Positions 46,189-59,400 of a stretch of 64,000 bases of DNA are shown in pieces. The first letter of the stretch is position 1; each line of letters starts with the position of its first letter. The notes beneath the pieces were generated by a model that worked only from the letters and a program-made list of their open reading frames with translations, was not told the origin of the DNA and did no database searches. This DNA comes from Yuukianura sp. NJ FZ-2021 (lineage: Eukaryota): assembly GCA_046563655.1 (NCBI GenBank), contig CM102290.1:12462001-12526000 (forward strand), written 5' to 3'. The position numbers and the translations under genes were made by a program.

Positions 46189-49100
46189 ATGTGTACATCA
46201 AATTTCAACTGTGCATTAAATTTCAACTACATATACATCACACATCGTTTTCGTTAGTTATGTAAGAATTTAAACATAAAAGCTTACCACCGTAGTTGGG
46301 TTAATCTACGGACTAAAAAAATTGACTTTTGAGTATCGATAAATTTTGAAAAGCAAGAAGTTGAAGACAAGTGCGGTGAGTTTCATGGAGCGTTTGTTAT
46401 GCTACAGAGAGAAAACAGCGTAGGACCCTTGGCCTCTTAAGTCCTCTTTAAGGGTCCTCTGCGACCCTTCAAGGGTCTTCGTCATGAATCCGTTGTTTTG
46501 AAGTGTATCGGTTTCAAATTGATTATATTTAAGGGCAAAGCATGAGTAAAAGTTCCCTTCAAGGGCCCACTTAAGGTTCCTCAGAGTGATGAAACAAGGA
46601 GGCTTTTGAAGGGACTCAAAAAAGTTGAAAAGATTCAAAAAAGGTGTGAAATTCTTGAGTGTCCCTATGTTCTTTGTTCTCAATGTTTTCAAAAACTAGA
46701 ACTTGTCTTCACTCTCATCTCCAAAAGAAGAAGTCAACTTTTATGACTTGGATTATTATTCTCCCGTTTTCAACTTTTTTTTGGAAAGGAAAAGCTTTTT
46801 TGAAAATAGTCAGTTTTGAAAATTTCCAAACGGCCTGTCAAGAGAAATAGGGTTTTTGGTGTTGAGAAGAACCAAATAAAATTTGCTTTGGACTTAAAAC
46901 TAGAACAAAGTAATTGAAAGTCCTAAATCATCACCCTAATTTATTAGGGTGCATTTTGTTATTTTGAAAATGAGTGAAATTTTTTCAGCTAATCTCAAAT
47001 TTTTTGAATCTTTTGTCCGAAAAGTAAATTGGATTGCATCTGCAATAAACCACTAAACACTTCTGGGCGTGTCCATACTCATAAACGGCTACTAAACTGT
47101 TTGTTCTAAATCTTTTCAAAGCTGAACAATTTTGGAAATCTGTTTTTCAAAAAAAAATGTTCAACAATCATTGCAAACTTGTCACGTTCATTCAAAAACG
47201 GAAAGTTAACAGTCCGTTGACAGAAGATCGTAAATCAGCAAGGCACGATAATTGTTCAAACAACATAATAATTATCACTATACTAACTTAGAAGTTTCCA
47301 GAAGTTTCGAATTTCGAAACAAAATTGTTCAAAATTTTGAAAAGCCGAAATGCTATTAGAGAATTTGGAAAGATCATTTTTTTTCATGCTAAACTTTGTC
47401 GGTGGAAGAAATTAAGTTTTAATTTGAGCGCAATTAGAACATACACATTATTTCTGGAGCCTTTAGAAAACAATTTTTTGAAAAAGGAAAAAATACGGTG
47501 TGTTCCAAAATGTTTCTCCAACAAAATTTTCTGAGTTTGAAAAGGAAACTAAGTTTTACGAAGGATAATTGCATCTAATGAGCTTCTCAAGTTTTCAAAA
47601 TCACGCTAAAATCCACTTTAGCGTTGGCGGGCTTCAAGGAAGCCATTTTCAGATAAAAATTTTATAAACCGGAAAAATTTCAAAAAAAGCGCCTGGATTT
47701 ACGTTTTAGTAAACCTTGTGTTTTAGTATTAAAAAATTTTCTGGCAAAACTGCGTTTATTTCTGTGAAATTTTAGGAAAAAGTTGATTAATGAAAATTTG
47801 GTGTGTAAATTTTTACAATTCTTAAAGTGTGAATGAGTATGAAATTAAATCGTTGTTTTTGAATGTTCCCACTATAACTTTTTATAACTGGTTGAACAAA
47901 TTAGTGACAAGGATCTTTTAGGAGTCATTTAAGACCTTAATTAGGTTAGGTCATCATAAAAATCTATAAAAATTTATTTTGCAACATTCTGTACACCTTG
48001 TTCCCACATGCACATGCAATTTCCATGCATCCAGTTTCGCAAATTCGCGAATTAGACAAACCGCAGGCTTACAATCTGCAAAAAGTTCTGGATTTTGCAG
48101 AAATGTTGCTTTTTTGTTTTTTACAAAGTTCATTATTGCTCACACTATAAAATTTCAAGGTGTAAAATAATAAAACTACTGAAACAATAAAACCTAAGTT
48201 ATGGAAAAGCACTTGTGAACAATGTTGTACATTTTTAATACTTTTTATTCCTGTGATTTAGGATAAATGGAAGTTTTCAGAGTAAATTTGTGGACCACAT
48301 TGTACATTGAAGAAAGTGGGGGAAAAATAGGTACATTTGGAAAATTCGGTGCTACCTTTGATATTTGCACAAAACAACATGTTTGTATGCTCTTGTACCT
48401 TGTTTTCGTTGACAATAAAATTGTTGAATGAAAAATATTTCGGACCACGTTGTACATTTTGACTTTTTGTTGAATTAGGGTGGTATTACCCACAGATTTG
48501 TATTATAATTTTTTTCTGAGGAGATTTGACACTTTTTGTAGTGCAGTGGGGTGGATTTGATGAGACTCCAAATCCAAATGTAATCCTCAAAATCCCATTG
48601 AGCTTTTGTCGGTACGCGGACCTTTGTCGCTAGCGCCTTTTCCATTGTCACTTCTTTTTTAAAAAATTGAACACTAGGGACATTCAAACATGTTCAAACA
48701 ACAGCAGTACACAACAACACAACGGAGACTATGGATTCCAGGTCACTGGGACGCTGAGGTCACACAATTACCAAAAAACAAATCAAAATAAAAGTGAAAA
48801 AAAAAAGTGTCGTCAACTTTTTGTCTAACTTATTCTTCAAAATGAAAAATTTCTGAAAACAACAAAACCGAAAAAAGTTTGTTTTCAATTGTAGTTTCCA
48901 AAAGTTTTTTTCTTGGTCGTTTAGCTGTTTCTTATAGTCGTTTACTTTTCCTGAAATGAAGTTTGCACATTTTAGACTTTATAGCTAGTTAGTCAACTTT
49001 TTTTCCACGTAACGACTCGTATGTGAATCTTTTTGCAAACTTTTTGGCAACTTTTCAACAAAAGTAAGAAAAAAACAGAGGCTTAAAAGGAGCAGGAAAT

Positions 49101-50042
49101 AATTAGAAGTTTGAAAAATTCCCTTAGGAAAAGTGCGTTAGTTTTCGATTACAAGCGGCAATTATATTTTCTCGTTTGGCTCAAAATCCACATTTTTTGT
49201 GTTGTTGGTTGAAGTGAGCTACACGGCATGTACCCACCAACTCTTTGTAACTGGTTGAAGTCAGCAAATATCCACCAGTATAACGTCTGTATTAGTTGAA
49301 TCCGAGTCAATCCATGTATCCACCATAGCACAACTTTTTTGTAGTCTCTACCATTAGGTTTTGTGAAGAGAAAGTTTAGTTTTTGCCGCTAAAAGTCAAT
49401 TCTTGAAGGAGGTTTGGCCACTTCCCACTGTTTCACTTGCAAGAAGTTCCAAACCCCGCCTTTGCTCGTCTCCCAAGCCTCTCCCCCTTTTCCGCCTTAC
49501 TCACTCCACAGCTTCTGCCTCCATTTTCCTCTTTTTCAAAATTCAAAATTTCCCTCCTTCATTTCAATTCCCCCCAAAAAACCATCCTCCGTCCTCCCTT
49601 CTGCTGGTTCTTGTGTCCGGAACTGGGAAAGATTAAGCTTTCCCTTTACAGCTCAATTAGGTTGGCTCATACTGTACAATTGAAAGTCAACTTTTTGGGA
49701 ATAGATAAGACAAGGAGGCCCAATTCCATCAGTACAGTCGGCAACGAACCGTGGACGTAGGAACAAGTCGATTCTAAAAAAAATAAAGTTTTTCGAAAAA
49801 AAAAACTTTGTTGTGCAATTTGAAAATTTGTGTCGAAAGTGGAAGTGAAACACAATTGCGTTTTATTGAGCTCAAAACTCAAAATTTTGATACATTTTCA
49901 CAGTTCGAAAAGTTTAGAGTGACCCTTTGTGTTTCAAAATTTGTTTTCGTAAATTTCTCTTTCCGTTTCGACGGAGAAACAAAACTAAGAAACAGGAGCA
50001 GCACCGTCACTGCTGCTCTGAGCCACCGGAATTTCCACAAGA

Positions 50043-52461
50043 ATGGTCTCATGCTACAATCCAGTTGCAATGTTCGGTCGTGGTGGATCAGGGCCCCACC
50101 ATCCAGCTCCACCTCAGAATCCATACTTCACTGGAGCATACCACCACAACACATCTTCCTACCACCATCACTACTCACATCACCACCAAGGTGGGGCCGG
50201 ACCCACTGCCGGAGCCATGGGTGGTCCCACCCAGTTCTCCCCCACCGTCCCAGACTTTAACCACCACCATGCCTACCAGCATCAACTGGGCAACATGACC
50301 CCGGAGTCCATGGCTGCTGCAGTGACCTGGCACCAACCCAATGTCATGTACAGTGCTTGTGCTTCGGGTAGAAACGTCCCTTTGGTGCATGGGGGGTACG
50401 ATGAGTGGACTCATCCCCATGGTTACCACCCCCACGCCCCCTTCTACCACCACCAACAACCCTCCCCACCCACTTCCACCCCCTCCCCCGGCTCCACCAA
50501 CCCAGGGGACCACCATAGTCCAAATGCATACCCCTCACATCATCCACTCCTCTTCAAATCCGAGTTCGGCTCGTGTTCTAACCAGCAGCAGGTAACAACA
50601 AAAAATTGAATTTGAAAAAATATTGCTTTCAGTTAAAAATTTTTGTTAACTGTTTTAAATATATTTAAAGTTCCAATCTTTGTCTTTCCTGTGCACTATG
50701 AATGCGTTGTTTTTGTTTAGAGTAGATCAATCTAGTAAAAAATTTCACCGGCAAATTGGTTCTGAATGTTGAGTTTCAAAAACTTGTATTTCGAAAAGTT
50801 AAATTTGAAGAAACATTACTTCCAGTTAAAAACAAATTTAACTTTATTTAAAAGTTTTTTTGAAGAAAGGAAGTTTCTTTTTGATTTTTTCAGAGAAAGT
50901 TATTTTCAGAGAAAAGTTTTGTTAAGTTTCCAATTTTAAATTTTTTGGAAATTGGAATACACTGCGCAGATTTCATTTACGAATCTCACTTGCCCCAGAA
51001 AAAGACTAAAGTTTTGTTTAAGGCTTCTCTGTTTGTTTGTTTGAGTTTTTTTTTTGGCGGCAGTTTTCGAATGACCCACTTCAGTAAATTACTCGAAATC
51101 AAGTCTCGAGAGAATTGACCTCAACTTGACCTCTGAATCTTATTTTTTTGTTCAAACAGGAAAATGTGTCCCAGGAGATGCAGTCGGGTGGTTCGAGCAG
51201 TTCAAGCGGTGGGTCCATCGTCAGTTCTGCCTCATCCACCCTCCTCCCGGTTCCCACCCCTCACTCCCCCGATTCCGGCATGGCCATCTCAGATGGTGTG
51301 AGCAGTAGTGGGTCACCAGCCACCACCGGTGGGGCAGGTCAAATGCCTTGCCATGGCAACAATCACCACCTCCACCAACATCCCCACCTCAGCTCCACCA
51401 CAGCCACTTCTTCTACAAACATGATGTCGTCCCACCATCACCCCCACCACCCCCTTCTCCTCGGATCTCAATCTGGGAATCTCAGTTCCACCCAGCAGCC
51501 CCACCATCTCCACAATCATCATTTGCATTCTGGTGGGGCAGGCCCACCATCGTCACTCGCAAATTCCGCCACCACTGGTCGCCCCACCCAAGCTCGAAGT
51601 CCTTACGAATGGCTGAAGAAAACTACGAGTTCTCAAGTGTCTTCAAATTCAAACGGAGGTCAGTTTTTGAAGAAAAAAAAGCTCTATTCAAATTTTTCAT
51701 AACTCAAAAGCAAATTCTGCAAAATTTCACTTTTTTTTTTACTTGATTTTTTTCAAAATTTGACGAAAAACTTAGATATGCTTCACACCCATTGCGACAA
51801 ATGGATTTTGCCGAATGCAAAGATTCTTAATTGTTTAGCCCTTCGCAACTAAGATGAATCAAAAGTTTTGACAAATTTTCTTTTGTCACGCTTTTTTAGG
51901 TAAAACGCGAACAAAGGACAAGTACCGCGTAGTGTACTCGGATACGCAACGACTAGAACTTGAAAAGGAATTTCACTCCAATCGCTACATCACAATCAAC
52001 AGGAAGTCCGATCTCGCAAGGAACCTCGGTCTCTCCGAACGACAGGTAAGGTCAATGACCTTTTCGAAAAAAAATATATGACCTTTGACCTTTTGAACCA
52101 AAACTTGTGGATTGTTGACCACTCCGAAAAACAATTCACGGACATATCACCATTCTTGGCAAAATGTCACTGATTTTTTATCTTTTCAAAGTAAAGCTCC
52201 ACTGGTTGGAATTTTGACAAAAACCGTAGTTACTGAAAGCTTTTGTTTTCAATTTTTTAAAATTTGCTATTTTTTTTTAATCAGGTCAAAATTTGGTTTC
52301 AAAATCGTCGCGCTAAGGAGCGTAAGTCTTACCGAAAACAAGAGGAAATGAACAACCGAGAGAAGTTGGCACACATGGTACATTTGCAAAATACGGCACT
52401 CCTCACCGGTAACATTCATCCGGGTAATGCTATGTGTAGTCAGACAACACCTATGATGTAA
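50043..52461 (+). CDS. cad: Caudal/Cdx homeobox protein, 4 exons (50043-50591, 51160-51658, 51900-52045, 52285-52461)
   Basis: MVSCYN start, His-rich region, SPYEWLKK hexapeptide and homeodomain [63 protein letters not shown]. Confidence 0.96.
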
Positions 52462-53509
52462 GCTCATCAATCATAGTATTTTAACTACAGTATTTTATTT
52501 TTTAAACTAATTTAAAACTAGTTTTCAAAAAGTTACGAACGCCGGTCATCCCCTTTTGTTTGATTTTTTTGCTGAAAAATCTTGCCAATTTTTGTTTCAG
52601 TATTACTTTTTAGTTTAAAAAAAAGTTAGTTAGACAAAGCTAGTTGAGGAAAAAACTTTTAGTTTTTAGTTGTTTAGAATTTTTGAAAAAAATGAAAAAT
52701 ATAAACTGAACAATCCGTGAGTGAAGTCACAAGAACTGAAATAAGGAACGCACCAGTGTTTTATTTTATTATTCTTTTGTACACTATGTTCCAAAAACGT
52801 TGTTGAAAATTATTTGTATACATAAATATTAGTTGTGTTTATAAACTCTTGTGCCTGATTGTGTTGTAATTCAATTTCAAAAAAGATTTTTTTTTGAAAA
52901 AACTTTTTTTTAAGGTTTTTGAATTCTAGAAACTAGACTTTCGAGGTTGAGGCTTTTTGTTGCTTTCTAGCGGTGTTGTTAATCCATTCAGAAAACCTTT
53001 ACCGATTTTATGTCATCCAAGAATATCTTCCGACGAGTTTTCAAAATTTTTGAATTGATTGAAATTCCCTGCGTAGAATTTCACACGTTGAGTACCATGT
53101 ACTTATGCCTTATCTTACAAAATACTTAAAACTAAACTACTTGAGAGAGTTTAGCAGTGTAAATAGTTGGTGTTAATTAGTTAAGTTAATTAACTTTTAG
53201 TTTCACATGTTATAATAACTAATTATATAGAGCAAAGTTAATTTAATTGTAACACAAATCAAACTGTAATGCTTGTACGCTGTGTACAACTCTCCCCACC
53301 CCCACATTTTTTGAACGGGGAGGGGTAATGGGGTCAATGAACTTATTAAAAATTACAAGCAACAAAGAACATCGCATGCAAGTCTCAATTTCAAAATTTA
53401 AAAAAAAATTTCAAATTTTTTGAACCAACAAGGTTTCCATTGTTTCAAATTCAAATTTCAAGTTCATCTGCAATATAACTTTTTATGTTTTACCAAAACC
53501 CCAACAAGA

Positions 53510-54495
53510 ATTTGATTCGAAACTGAGGTAGCAGCTCAACTTAGGGCAAGTTTTTGAAAGCTTTTTCGAAATTTTGAAGTTTGAATTTTTTGTTTTTGAA
53601 ATAGAAGTTGACAGAATTTTTTAGAAACATTTTGAAAAATTCTTTAAAAAATGGTAAAAGAACAAGCAGCTGCTCGTAGAATATTAAAAGTTTAGAGCAG
53701 ATTAAACAAAAATTCAACTGCGGATTTGACTCTTTTAACGCCGAGATAAGTCTTAAAAACGAAATTTTGAACTTTTCAGTGAAAAATGTGTTAAGCTGAA
53801 CTATTTTTTCGTCTTTTGGAACAATGAACAAAAGTCACTTTTTGACGATTCCTTCTGTACGACACTTGGTGTCAAAACCTTGTCAAAATAAGACGTCTCC
53901 ATTTTATCAGCAGCGTTTTCAACGTTTTTCCTTTTTTGAAATACTTTTTTTTTTGAAAAACAGAACAAAGGAAAACATTCTTGTTGGAAAACCGAAAAGG
54001 GGACACAGAACGAACTTAAGTTGGGGTTGGGTTTGTTTTGACATTGGGCACACGAGAAAATTGGGTTTTTGACTTTTAGAAAAAGTTGTTTCGTGTTTCA
54101 TTTGAACAAGTGTCAGTTCGTTTGAACAAAAACTAAGAAAAAAATCCTTTTAGAAAAGGACACGCAGAAGAGTGTTTGTTTCCCCAGGGGGGTTTGGACG
54201 GCCTATCATCTCACAAAAGTATCAAAACCAGCAGCACTTCTCAAAAAAACTTTCAAAAAACTTTTTGACCCGAAAACAATGGAAAAACAAGACAAGAAAC
54301 CTCTTTTAAGTTTTCTTCGCTCCGTCACGCTTCTCCAGTCAAAACATTCGAAAGTTCATCTGAATTCTAACTTTTTACAAAAACACCGACAAAAATTTGA
54401 TTCGAAACGGATGTAGCAGGTCAAGTTAGGGCAAGTTTTTGAAAACTTAAATTTCGAAATTTTGAATTTTTTGTTTTTGAAATTGAAGTTGACAA
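53510..54495. repeat. Pair of about 100-bp direct repeats (about 53510-53613 and 54395-54494)
   Basis: atttgattcgaaac..tagcag.tcaa.ttagggcaagtttttgaaa...gaagttgaca is present twice. Confidence 0.8.
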
Positions 54496-56340
54496 ATTTG
54501 TGAATGTAGCGTACATAATTGTACATGAGTTTTGGAGAGAGGATGCGGATGTGTTGTCGGACTCTTTGAGGAGATTATAGTGATTGATCCTTGTATATTT
54601 ACTTGTTAATTGTCAACAACACGCCACTCACCCCTCCCCCACCCCCAGTGTCATCCGAGGGGGTGGGGAGGGGTGGTGTTAAGTGGCCTAAGCAGATGGA
54701 GAGTCAAGTGCCTGTGTGACCTAGGTGTGAGATTACATTGGGGTTGGTGTTAATCTAAATCAAACACCCCCTCCCCCTTGTACACCCCACCCCCACTCCC
54801 ACCGCGGCGGCGGTGTCTTTTGTTCTGTGTCCTGCCGAGTATCAATGTAATTTAATCCATGACAAGATTAAACGTCAACTGGGGATTTGGACAGAGATAG
54901 ACCGCAGCAGAGCCTGGAACGACCAATAAGTTTCTGCGCCGGCGCGGCCGCAACGACGGTCAGCACTGCTGTGGCGCTTCTCATCGATTCCCAAACTCTT
55001 CGAGGAATTTTCTTGACGTCAAAACTTTTTAAACCCTTTGTACATCCATTCCGTTGGAGCAGAAAACTGTAGGTCGAGAATTGTTGCATTTCTATTTATG
55101 GACTACGACATACGGATCACAACATCAAGCCATACCGCCAAATTCAAAATTTTCAAAAATTCTAAGTTTTTAAACCTTGCCGCCAAATTCAAAGGATAAC
55201 TTTTTTTTAATCCAAAGTTCATGGGATTTACTGGCTACGCTTTAGCCCCTAGGAATCAAAAGATTCAAACTCAAAAACCAAAGTTAAATTTTCTTTGTAA
55301 ATTTTCAATTTCGAAATTTTTTGTAGACTTGTGAAATATTTTTTTTGTGGAGATCCAAACGCACGCGGTGAAAGTTCTCTTGGGGGCGGACGGTCGAATC
55401 CCATTTGCTTTCTGTATTTTCTCCAGGTGGGATTGGCAAAAAAAATGCACAGACGCTGTGTGGGTGTCTCTCAAGGGACTTACATGAAAGCTTTTTTAAG
55501 GCTTTTCAAAATGTACAACATCATCCAAAACGAGTTTTTGACTAAATTTTTTAGAGGCACTTTTGAAATTACGCAGAAGAAAAGTTAGTCGTTAGCTCTA
55601 TAAGAAGCAAAACCTAACATTTTTTGTTGAGTTTTTACGCATCTGGACAAATTCCCAGTGACGCAACAAAATTTTTTGAAGTAAAATGTAAATTTTGATG
55701 AGGAAAACGTCAGAAAAGTAAAAAGCATTTTCAAGGATTTGACACATTTGTGTCTTTTGTTTTTTGCACAAACGTGAGAAGAATTGCAATTAGACCGATG
55801 CACTTAAAACTTCAAAGACAAAAGTTCAAAAAAACAAAAGTGGATAAGTTGAAAGATGAAGATTAGAACAAGAATTTTTCATGAGAATATAATTTCAGTT
55901 GAAAAAAAAAATGAAAGAAGGCTTGTGGAGGTTGAATTTAATTGTTTCGCCGCCATTTTTCTAACACAGTCATAAAATATAAAAAAAACTGGTTCACATT
56001 TCAAAAAAAAAGTTGACCTCTCATCTTTTTGTGACATCACAAACACAGGCACTGCCGGCTGCCAAACCTAAATTTTTGAAAAAAATAAACAACAAGTTTC
56101 AAAAGTTTTAAAAAAAACTTTTTCTGAAAGCTTTAGGCTTAAATTTGTTTAAAGTCAGTTTCAAAATTTTCTTGAACTAGATAATACATATAAACTTAAG
56201 TATATCAAACAATTTATATATTTTTTTTATTTAACATGTGGATCATGGTGTACAAAGTTGCGTTAAGGTTAGGTTAGCTTTGCTTAAGGAGCGTAACGAA
56301 AAGTGAAGATGCGTGTAATTGATTAGGAGGAGAAAAGTAT

Positions 56341-56412
56341 TGCGGCTCGTAGGATTCGATCGAGGGCGTGACGCAAGTGAGCCGTGAGCTCTGACCACCG
56401 CCATACTTGGCT
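56341..56412 (-). other. Possible tRNA-derived remnant (SINE head or pseudogene)
   Basis: Minus strand shows A-box-like tatggcggtggtcagagc and B-box-like gatcgaatcc at tRNA-like spacing, but the cloverleaf stems do not pair. Confidence 0.3.
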
Positions 56413-59400
56413 TTTCCCTCTTATTGAAAATTTGAGTTTTTGAAGCTTAGCGCCCAAAATTTATCTCATTTTCCCCTGGCAAGACTCATTTGGTCGAGAT
56501 CTCGTCGAGACGATTAGAATCACGAAGTGTTGTAAAACTTTTATGAGGCCTCCAATATTGACCGTTGTCGACTCTGCATGGCTTAGGTAGTAATACAATG
56601 TACATTTGTACACCATGGTCCACAATGTACTTTTGGACAACAAGTCAAAATATTCATATATGTCCCAAATTCATAGGCGTTCTTTCCCGCTGAATTTAAA
56701 TTTAAGAGAAAATTTCTTTTCAGAAACATAAATATTTTATTCTTGAGTTTTAATTTTTGGTTTTTTTAATTCATTTTTGATAACGCTGTACATTTTGGAC
56801 CAACGCCCACAAAATTTCAACGACAAAAATGAAACTTTACACGGAGGTGGTTTATTACCTAAAGGAGAAAAAAAAGAGTTTCAAAATGGTTCCAAATTTT
56901 GAAAACTTTTTTGACAAATGTGTTTTCAACATAGCTGACTCTTTTTTTTGAAAGTGAAAGTAAACTTCGCGCACAAAGTTTTGAAAATTGGAAAATTGTC
57001 CATTCCGGTGCTTAATGGTGATGAAGGAAAAGAGAAGAAGCGTTTTATGATTTCATTGTGAGTCATTGTGTATATTACGATCAGTCATAAAGACATTAAC
57101 AAAATAAACTTAAATAGGCTATTCCATTAAACGAAGGAGCTCTTCATTGAAATAAAAAAAAGTGACAGTTTTTGGCACGCTTTTCAAAAGTTTCAAATTC
57201 TTTGGAATTCTACCATTTCAAAATGAAAGGAAAACTTGAGCTGAATTTGGGAAGTAGTGAAAGTGGAGGAAAGTTTTATTGATCGCCTAAGCAAAGAAGT
57301 GACGATCGTTAGAGCGACAGAAAGGATGTACCGTGTGGTCCGTAATAAGTTGAACAAGGAAAATGAAATGTGAAAGTGTAAAGTTTGTTTTTGTGACGTT
57401 TGAAGCACAGAGTACATTTGGTTCTAGTCTATTTTGTTGGAGAGAGTTACATTTTAGAATATTAGGACAAGTTCCATGTGACGCTATTACGAAACAAAAC
57501 GAAGGAGAGGGAATGTGGCGTAGGGGACCAATAAATTTTAGAAACTGAGATTTAGAAACCTTTTGAATTTTCCCTCCGAAGTAAAAACTTTTGAATTTTC
57601 CCTCCACAAAGTTTTGGACGGTTTGAATTTTCCCTCCTTAAATTTAGTAGGGAAAGCCCAACTTTCACATTATCTCCATTTGTCTCTTTCTCACTTTACG
57701 AGAAAAACCTCATCAAAAATAAGTACAAATCCCTTTCTCTAATTTCATCAAACTTTTCGCGTTTTCGCGTCTCAACGTTTTGCGTTTCAAAGTTTTCGCG
57801 CTTGGATCGCATTGAACGTAAAAGTTTTCGATCCATTGAGTTTTTGTGTTTCCAGTTTTAGCGTACAAAGTTCTAGGGTCTAGTTTTTTTGTGCTTTTTG
57901 AGTTTTATTACAAATAGTGCGAAAATTTTGAGGCGCGAAACGTGAAAATTTGCGTAAACGGAAAAGTATACTAAAGCAGGAACGCGTAACGCCCTTCAAA
58001 GATGTCCTATAAAAAACGACTAAAAATCCACGTCTCTGATTGGTCGTTTTAACCAGGTGACTAACGTTTTTTTCTAGTAAAAGCTTAGAAATGGAGGAAC
58101 GGGTCCCTTCAGGGCTCTTCTTGGTCACAATGAAGCCGCCGTGACCCTGCTGTGAAACATGTCGTTTTTGCTACAACATCTCCATTGGGGGGAGCCCTCA
58201 GGGGGAACCCGATCTGGTGACCCCTTGAGGGGAACCCCTTTAAGGGCCCACTGTCCAACGGAACTTCTTCCAGAACTGAAGATGACTTTTGTATTATTAT
58301 TGGTACAAGATGCCGCCAACTTTTAGTATTTAGTTGGACCCTTAATTTATAACCCTTGAAAGTTGTAAAACGTCCATTTAGCTTATCCCAAAATTTTACA
58401 ATTTCCAATCCTCTTCTGCGAGCACCTTGAGGGAGACCCTTAAGGTTTCCTAATTGCGGACTTTACAACTTGTGCTTAAGGATGTCATCCAGGTCACATG
58501 GCTTTGACCTAATAGTTGATCATGTCAGTTCAATTGGATGTCATAAATCTTGTTCGAGATGAGACATGACCCCTTGAGTGACCCCTTAAGTGACCCTGTC
58601 ATCGAATTAAATTGTCAATGGAAAACATGGAATTGGTTTATGACACCAAATTATACCTATTTATGGTCATCAGCAATCAATTCCTTAAAGTCAAAGTGTC
58701 AACTGTCCAACCGTGAGAATTTTACAAATTTCGATTCACACCATTTTCTGAAACGTTTTGAAAAAAAGTTTGTTTTTCGAAAAAGTTTCTGAAATTTTTA
58801 GAGAACCTTGGAAAGTTACTAAAACGGCACCACAAAATTTTCACTTTGAAGACCATGTCTCAAGGTTCAATAAAACATGAAAGCAAAACTTTTTATTTTC
58901 GGAGAAAGTAAAAAACGCGAAAAGCGAGAAACATAGTACAAAGTCGCGACATTTTGAAAAATTCATGTGAATTTGCATTTTTTGTTGGTGGAGGTACAAG
59001 CTAAGATGAAATTTGCAAGGTTTGGAAATTCGGAAAATTGAAAATTTTGAAAGTGACTCTTTTCCGAAAATTTGGAGTCCCTTCCTGCGTTTGTTGTCTG
59101 GAGTTTAAACAAGTTGTCAACACGGGCCCTTGAGTCCAAGGGTCCCCTGGGCCCTTCATTCAAAACAACACCAAAATATTGAGAGTTTGCCGCGCGTTTC
59201 CTTTTGAACAGAGAAAATAATTTGTGGCGGTTCTTCTCAAAATTAAAAGTTCTTCAAAGCAAGAAAAAGATTTTGACTTTTCTTGGGTTTTATTGCACTT
59301 CCTCCGCACCCTGGAAGTTATTATCCTCCAAATTGCCAATAATAAAAGTCCCTTATCCTGCCCCTTCAAGGGCCCCCTCCCCCTCTTAAGTCCCCTCCCC

